NCBI GenBank assembly: GCA_002410925.1
Contig: DHPR01000033.1
Span: 392,397 to 456,396, forward strand
Length of the DNA stretch: 64,000 nucleotides
Direction of reading: 5' to 3'
Source: a bacterium UBP13_UBA5359
GTDB taxonomy: Bacteria > UBP13 > UBA5359
The position numbers were made by a program, and so were the translations under genes. How positions within the stretch are numbered: position 1 is the first letter of the stretch; each line of letters begins with the position of its first letter. The notes beneath the pieces were generated by a model that had not been told where the DNA came from, did not search any database, and saw only the letters and a list, made by a program, of their open reading frames with translations. This document shows, piece after piece, positions 60,187-64,000 of the stretch.

Positions 60187-61184
60187 TATGTCACCTGCCT
60201 GAGCTTCAATGCGGTGGTATAAGCCGGTCCGGCATGGGCCGTCTCCTCCACGGCGTATTTGCCGTCATACCTTCCCCAGCCGGCCACTTTGACATTCAAT
60301 CCGGAGAGCAGTCGTTCATCACCCACCATGGTGATATCGGCCGTCATCAGACCTCGGTTGGCAGCCATGAGCCTGGCCGGGGCGATGCGCCTGGCTTCGG
60401 CCAGGCTCTCGCAGCGTTCGGTGATGCGCAGCGTCTGCCCGTCGGCCGGGGCGCCGGGGCGGTTATAGGTATATTCCAGCACCTTCTTCCGCTTTTCGTC
60501 CCGATAGCGGATGACGGCCGCCCGGTAGGTGTCCACGCTGTCCCGCTTGAATGAGTGAGACAGCACGGCATCCGTGCCCTTGCGAATGGTGAGCACGCCG
60601 GCGGCGGCATCGAACTTCTTCTGGGGAAAGACGGTGATCTGCCCGTCGCCTACCTTCACCCGCAGCCCTTCACGGGCGCAGAGCTTGAGCAGGAACTCCA
60701 TATCGCTCTGATTGCTCTGGCTCAGCTTCTGGTAGACCGAGTTGATGCCGGCCTGCCAGTTGAGCCTCAGCCTGGCGCCGGCGGCGATCTTCTCCGCCAC
60801 CTGGCGCAGGGAAACCTTGGACCAGGCCTTTGATCTCTTCTCCCGCCGGACGTTGCTGTTGACATCGGCGCTGACCGCCTTTATGGTCATGGTATCCGGC
60901 GGCCCCTGGTGTTCATGGCCGTCCACGGAGAAGAGCCCGCAGGGCAGGCGCCGTGGACCGTCGCCGTCGCTGAGCAGGATATCGGCCCGGATCCTGTCGC
61001 CGCGCTCCGGCATCCAGGCGTTCATCCATCGGCCGTCGGCATCCTCTACGGTGATTTGCAGATCGTCGGCCTGCTCCAGCCCCTCGGTATAGGACCAGGA
61101 GAGAAGAAACGGCTGCAGATCGGCACTGATATCTGTGCTCTGATAGACCACCCTCAGATTGGCCCGCCTGGTGAAATCAGTCAT
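60186..61184 (-). CDS. Phage late control protein D / baseplate hub
   Basis: DISADL, ADDLQITVED, CGLFSVD, GPPD, QSNQSDMEFL and GRYDGKY motifs. Confidence 0.88.
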   Translation of the reverse strand: MTDFTRRANLRVVYQSTDISADLQPFLLSWSYTEGLEQADDLQITVEDADGRWMNAWMPERGDRIRADILLSDGDGPRRLPCGLFSVDGHEHQGPPDTMTIKAVSADVNSNVRREKRSKAWSKVSLRQVAEKIAAGARLRLNWQAGINSVYQKLSQSNQSDMEFLLKLCAREGLRVKVGDGQITVFPQKKFDAAAGVLTIRKGTDAVLSHSFKRDSVDTYRAAVIRYRDEKRKKVLEYTYNRPGAPADGQTLRITERCESLAEARRIAPARLMAANRGLMTADITMVGDERLLSGLNVKVAGWGRYDGKYAVEETAHAGPAYTTALKLRQVT

Positions 61185-61410
61185 CCGTTTCACCTGCCTG
61201 TTTCCAGGGCGGCAGGGCGGCCGCCGCTGGTACATCGACATCCGGACAGACCAACTCAACGCCGGCACTGAAGACGGCGGTCTCGATATGCTCCGGATTA
61301 TGCCGGATGAGCTTGTCCATGTAGGCGCACGATCCGTAAACCTTGTAGCTGATCGTATCCCAGGTGTCTCCCTGGACGGTTACGTATATGTCACGGTAAT
61401 CACCGGCCAT
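61177..61410 (-). CDS. Phage tail protein X
   Basis: YVTVQGDTWDTISYKVYG...N...FSAGVEL.CP...LPPWK. Confidence 0.9.
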   Translation of the reverse strand: MAGDYRDIYVTVQGDTWDTISYKVYGSCAYMDKLIRHNPEHIETAVFSAGVELVCPDVDVPAAAALPPWKQAGETDD

Positions 61411-61555
61411 GACGCGGCTCCTTCTCCATCGGGTTATGGCACATCGGGCACTTGCGCTCGAAGCGTTTCACACATGCATGGCAGAACCGGATATCGCATA
61501 TAGGACAGATATATCCTGATGTTGTAGTAGTTTTCTTACAACTGATACAATTCAC
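61400..61555 (-). CDS. 51-aa C4C4 RING-like zinc-finger protein (absent from the ORF track)
   Basis: GTG start after a GGAGG RBS: MNCISCKKTTTTSGYICPICDIRFCHACVKRFERKCPMCHNPMEKEPRHGR, with four CxxC pairs. It fills the gap exactly and overlaps the tail X start. Confidence 0.75.
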   Translation of the reverse strand: MNCISCKKTTTTSGYICPICDIRFCHACVKRFERKCPMCHNPMEKEPRHGR

Positions 61556-61558
61556 AAG

Positions 61559-62863
61559 CTATCCTCCGTACGGCCCTGTCGGCGGTGTAAAGCTATCTGT
61601 CCACAGGGCCTCACCGTTCAGACAGATGAACTCATCTATATGCGGAAGGCACCGGCCACATCCCGGATATCCTCCTATATAGAAGGGATACGCGTTGGTA
61701 AGCGGGGTTGTAAAATTACCGGACCATATATACTTCGTCCCATTCCTGAAATATGCCATCTCCGATCCATGCTTGACTAACGCTATATGGGTCCATACGT
61801 TATAAGTCGGACCCCAGTACCTCTGCTGGGACAATCCTGTGAATTCCGCCCTCCAGCCGGTATCGGCATCTCCGGAGAAGTAAAGCCTAAAGTATCCCGT
61901 TGAACCCGGCGTTCCTTTACTGAAAACATGACTATCAATCGCCGGCTCTATCAGTTTGATCCAGAAGGCAAATGTAAAATCCCTCGTGCCGAAATTGAAA
62001 TAATCTGCATCCGAGCATTCGATATAGCCGCCTTGGTAGCCTCCGAATGTACCTGATGCCGTGCCGAACACCTTATCGGACGTTATGATCTTCGCCTGAC
62101 CGCTTGCTCCGTCATGTGGTGTCCATATACGGCTGCGTTCATCCGTAAAGGCAGTGCTCTGATCCTCTCCATCAAAATGGAGTAAGGATACCCAATTCAA
62201 TGTAAACGGTGAACCGATAACGTCGAACGCTACTCCGACAATCATATCCCGGGCAATATTGGCGATTGTGTAATGATCATCCGTTACCGGTATAGGTTCG
62301 CCGGCAACATACAGCCCTTGAACCTCATATCCCTCACCCGGAGCAAATTGCAGAAGCAGACTTCCGCCTGCTTCCACCTGTATGGCACCGGACGGAGTAA
62401 CGGTTCCCTGTCCCAGGGATACGGCGATCGTGACGGTGCGATAGAGGACCTCTCCTTCGTATAACTTCAATGACGCTGTATCCGTATAGGTATCATTATC
62501 GTAATAAGTATCCGTCCCGATGAATCCGCCCCAGAGACTATACCTGGCAGTGCCGTTCTCCTTGATGTCAGTGCTCTCATCCACCATGTTGTATTCCGGA
62601 TGCAGCGGGTATTCCATATGAGTACCAGTGTAGGCTATAGTCCATTCAGGGGTATAGACGTGAGCATATACCTTGGTCTCCGTCCATGTATGCATCTCAT
62701 ACTCTGTGCCCTCATCATAGATAACAGGCTCGGTAGCATCAGAGCTTTGCAGCACATACGGGCCGTTTGCATAGGGATAGAGGTTGGCTCCATAAAACCA
62801 GAGATCCGGTATTATTGCCGGCACACTGCCCTGTTTCTTGGGTATATAGATAATCCGTCCCAC
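61559..62863 (-). CDS. LamG/concanavalin-A-like domain protein with an Ig-like repeat (putative virion adhesin)
   Basis: GTG start 62863; GTVTPSG...FAPGEGYEV...YTIANI repeat; SLLHFDG, FGTRDFTFAFWI, WTHIALVK, HIDEF, ALWTDSFTPPTGPY. Confidence 0.75.
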   Translation of the reverse strand: MGRIIYIPKKQGSVPAIIPDLWFYGANLYPYANGPYVLQSSDATEPVIYDEGTEYEMHTWTETKVYAHVYTPEWTIAYTGTHMEYPLHPEYNMVDESTDIKENGTARYSLWGGFIGTDTYYDNDTYTDTASLKLYEGEVLYRTVTIAVSLGQGTVTPSGAIQVEAGGSLLLQFAPGEGYEVQGLYVAGEPIPVTDDHYTIANIARDMIVGVAFDVIGSPFTLNWVSLLHFDGEDQSTAFTDERSRIWTPHDGASGQAKIITSDKVFGTASGTFGGYQGGYIECSDADYFNFGTRDFTFAFWIKLIEPAIDSHVFSKGTPGSTGYFRLYFSGDADTGWRAEFTGLSQQRYWGPTYNVWTHIALVKHGSEMAYFRNGTKYIWSGNFTTPLTNAYPFYIGGYPGCGRCLPHIDEFICLNGEALWTDSFTPPTGPYGG

Positions 62864-62864
62864 G

Positions 62865-63740
62865 TTACACCTGCCTGTAATGGGCTGTAAGCTCCAGATC
62901 GGCGCAATCCACCACATCGCTGATGACAACCGTCACCCGGTCGCCGTCGGCAAAGCCGGTGTCCAGGGCGGCGGATGCTATCACCTGCCCTACCTCCAGC
63001 GCACTATCAGGGACATCCACGCCGCCGATCTGCAATTTGACTGAGCAACTGCCGGCAGAGCAGGCCGCCGCGATCCTGGTCAGATGACCGGCTCCGTTGG
63101 CCCTGGTGGTCAGAGGCACAGTCTGCCCATCTGCAGCAGGCTCCTCGATGACCAGCTCCCATTCCAATTTTTGCTCGATCACCACTATGCCCTGCTGTCC
63201 ATTGACGGATAGGACATAATTGGAGTTTATGGACCGCTGCCAGATGGCGCCGTTGCAGATGATCCAGTCACCAACCTGGAATTCAATGTCGCCGCTGCCC
63301 AGGTTCCTGGTCCCGGCAACATTCACCAGGTATATGTCGCCCGTATCACCTATGCCGTCGGCAAGCTCCGGAGCATTTGTCGAGACATCCCAAGTGCCCT
63401 TGAACTCCATGATTGTGCTGGGCAGCCTACTGGCAGGAACCTTCTGTCCTATATCCAAATCGCATGTGCCGCCAGCGGCGCCCTTCTCGCTGGCCGGTAT
63501 TGCTCCCGTCTGGGCCGCCGTCACCTGGTGAGGATTATCCGTCCGGACATCATGAGCACCGTCTGTCAATTTGTCCAGCTCCGCCTTGTTGTCATGGCCG
63601 TGACGGGCGGCAGTGTTTTCCGCTATATCGGCATGGGTAAACTCGGTTTCATGCGCCGTCACCGCGCCATCCACATATATTTTGGTTGCCCCTGGGATGC
63701 GGTTCTCCTTGCCTGCCCCTATGATCTTATCTCCCATCAT
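62865..63740 (-). CDS. Fibre-like virion protein
   Basis: HGHDNKAELDKL, DNPHQVTAAQTGA, KGAAGG...LD...KVP..RLP, FKGTWD..TN.P.L and VLSVNGQQG motifs typical of phage fibres. Confidence 0.65.
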   Translation of the reverse strand: MMGDKIIGAGKENRIPGATKIYVDGAVTAHETEFTHADIAENTAARHGHDNKAELDKLTDGAHDVRTDNPHQVTAAQTGAIPASEKGAAGGTCDLDIGQKVPASRLPSTIMEFKGTWDVSTNAPELADGIGDTGDIYLVNVAGTRNLGSGDIEFQVGDWIICNGAIWQRSINSNYVLSVNGQQGIVVIEQKLEWELVIEEPAADGQTVPLTTRANGAGHLTRIAAACSAGSCSVKLQIGGVDVPDSALEVGQVIASAALDTGFADGDRVTVVISDVVDCADLELTAHYRQV

Positions 63741-63741
63741 C

Positions 63742-63999
63742 TCACCTCGCCAGTTCTGTATAGCCTTTTTCGGCATACACCAGCATACGATCGTTGGCCC
63801 CGCCGTTGGCAGCCACACCGGCCGCATCGGTCAGCGCCAGGTAGATACGCGGCAACGCTGTCTCCGTCTTGATCCAGGGATCCAGGTTGATCACGGCCGT
63901 GCCGCCGTCTGTTATATAGCCCTCGGCGTTGGCCGGGCTGCAATCATCCTTGTCCTCTCCGTAATCGGCCCGGAAATACACCCGGCCGTTGGGGCTGGA
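63742..63999 (-). CDS. Phage hypothetical protein, C-terminal part (5' end beyond the window)
   Basis: The frame is open to the window edge (SSPNGRVYFRADYG...ELAR*), and its stop abuts the next start codon. Confidence 0.55.
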   Translation of the reverse strand, partial: SSPNGRVYFRADYGEDKDDCSPANAEGYITDGGTAVINLDPWIKTETALPRIYLALTDAAGVAANGGANDRMLVYAEKGYTELAR

Positions 64000-64000
64000 C

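Larger units (their letters stand above)
52203..64000 (-). mobile_element. Prophage (contractile-tail, P2-like tail module), one end; continues beyond the window
   Basis: tRNA-derived att site, cargo genes, lysis cassette and tail fibre/gpI/gpJ/gpW/gpU/gpV/gpD/gpX run. The structural genes are visibly GC-richer than the host genes. Confidence 0.9.

Noticed and set aside
56205-62863. Diversity-generating retroelement or invertible cassette acting on the fibre/LamG genes
   Set aside because: No reverse transcriptase, invertase, template-repeat copy or inverted crossover sites were seen in the window. The part of the prophage outside the window cannot be assessed.
52203-64000. Tailocin or eCIS rather than a prophage
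   Set aside because: The tRNA att site, cargo genes and compositional contrast with the host favour an integrated phage, although head genes are outside the window.

Overview
Chromosomal window from a probably anaerobic, diderm (LPS outer-membrane) bacterium with a Terrabacteria-type envelope; the lineage is an inference from OmpM/DUF3084/Lpt synteny. 1-8 kb: TolC-family gene (partial), TetR with a perfect 36-bp palindromic operator, glycerate kinase, a cold-shock gene, a zinc-ribbon gene, frameshifted prfB and secA. 8-18 kb: outer-membrane cluster lptA-like, lptB, lptF/G, DUF3084, yqgF-like, ompM, lptD-like, ompM. 18-31 kb: GT2 and ArnT-like transferases, AKR, phosphomannomutase, a fused 1407-aa PlsA/PlsR (Ger)-like ether-lipid enzyme, DUF362, a second zinc-ribbon gene and DUF4139. 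31-43 kb: type II secretion operon (E,F,G,H,I,J,K,L,M,C-like,D). 43-52 kb: flavin oxidoreductase, birA-oadGAB and two oxidoreductases. From about 52.2 kb to the window edge lies one end of a myovirus-type prophage integrated in tRNA-Thr(CGT). It contains an att remnant with arm-like repeats, an AT-rich cargo block (AbiTii-domain gene, small partner ORF, YfbU), a Gram-positive-style lysis cassette with no recognisable spanin, and a P2-like tail/baseplate module. The most notable observations are an unannotated 51-aa C4C4 RING-like gene coupled into the tail operon, the AbiTii/YfbU cargo, a possible +1 frameshift extension of the holin-like gene, and duplicated OmpM tethers with 13-residue repeats. 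All family assignments come from motif recognition by eye; no searches were run.
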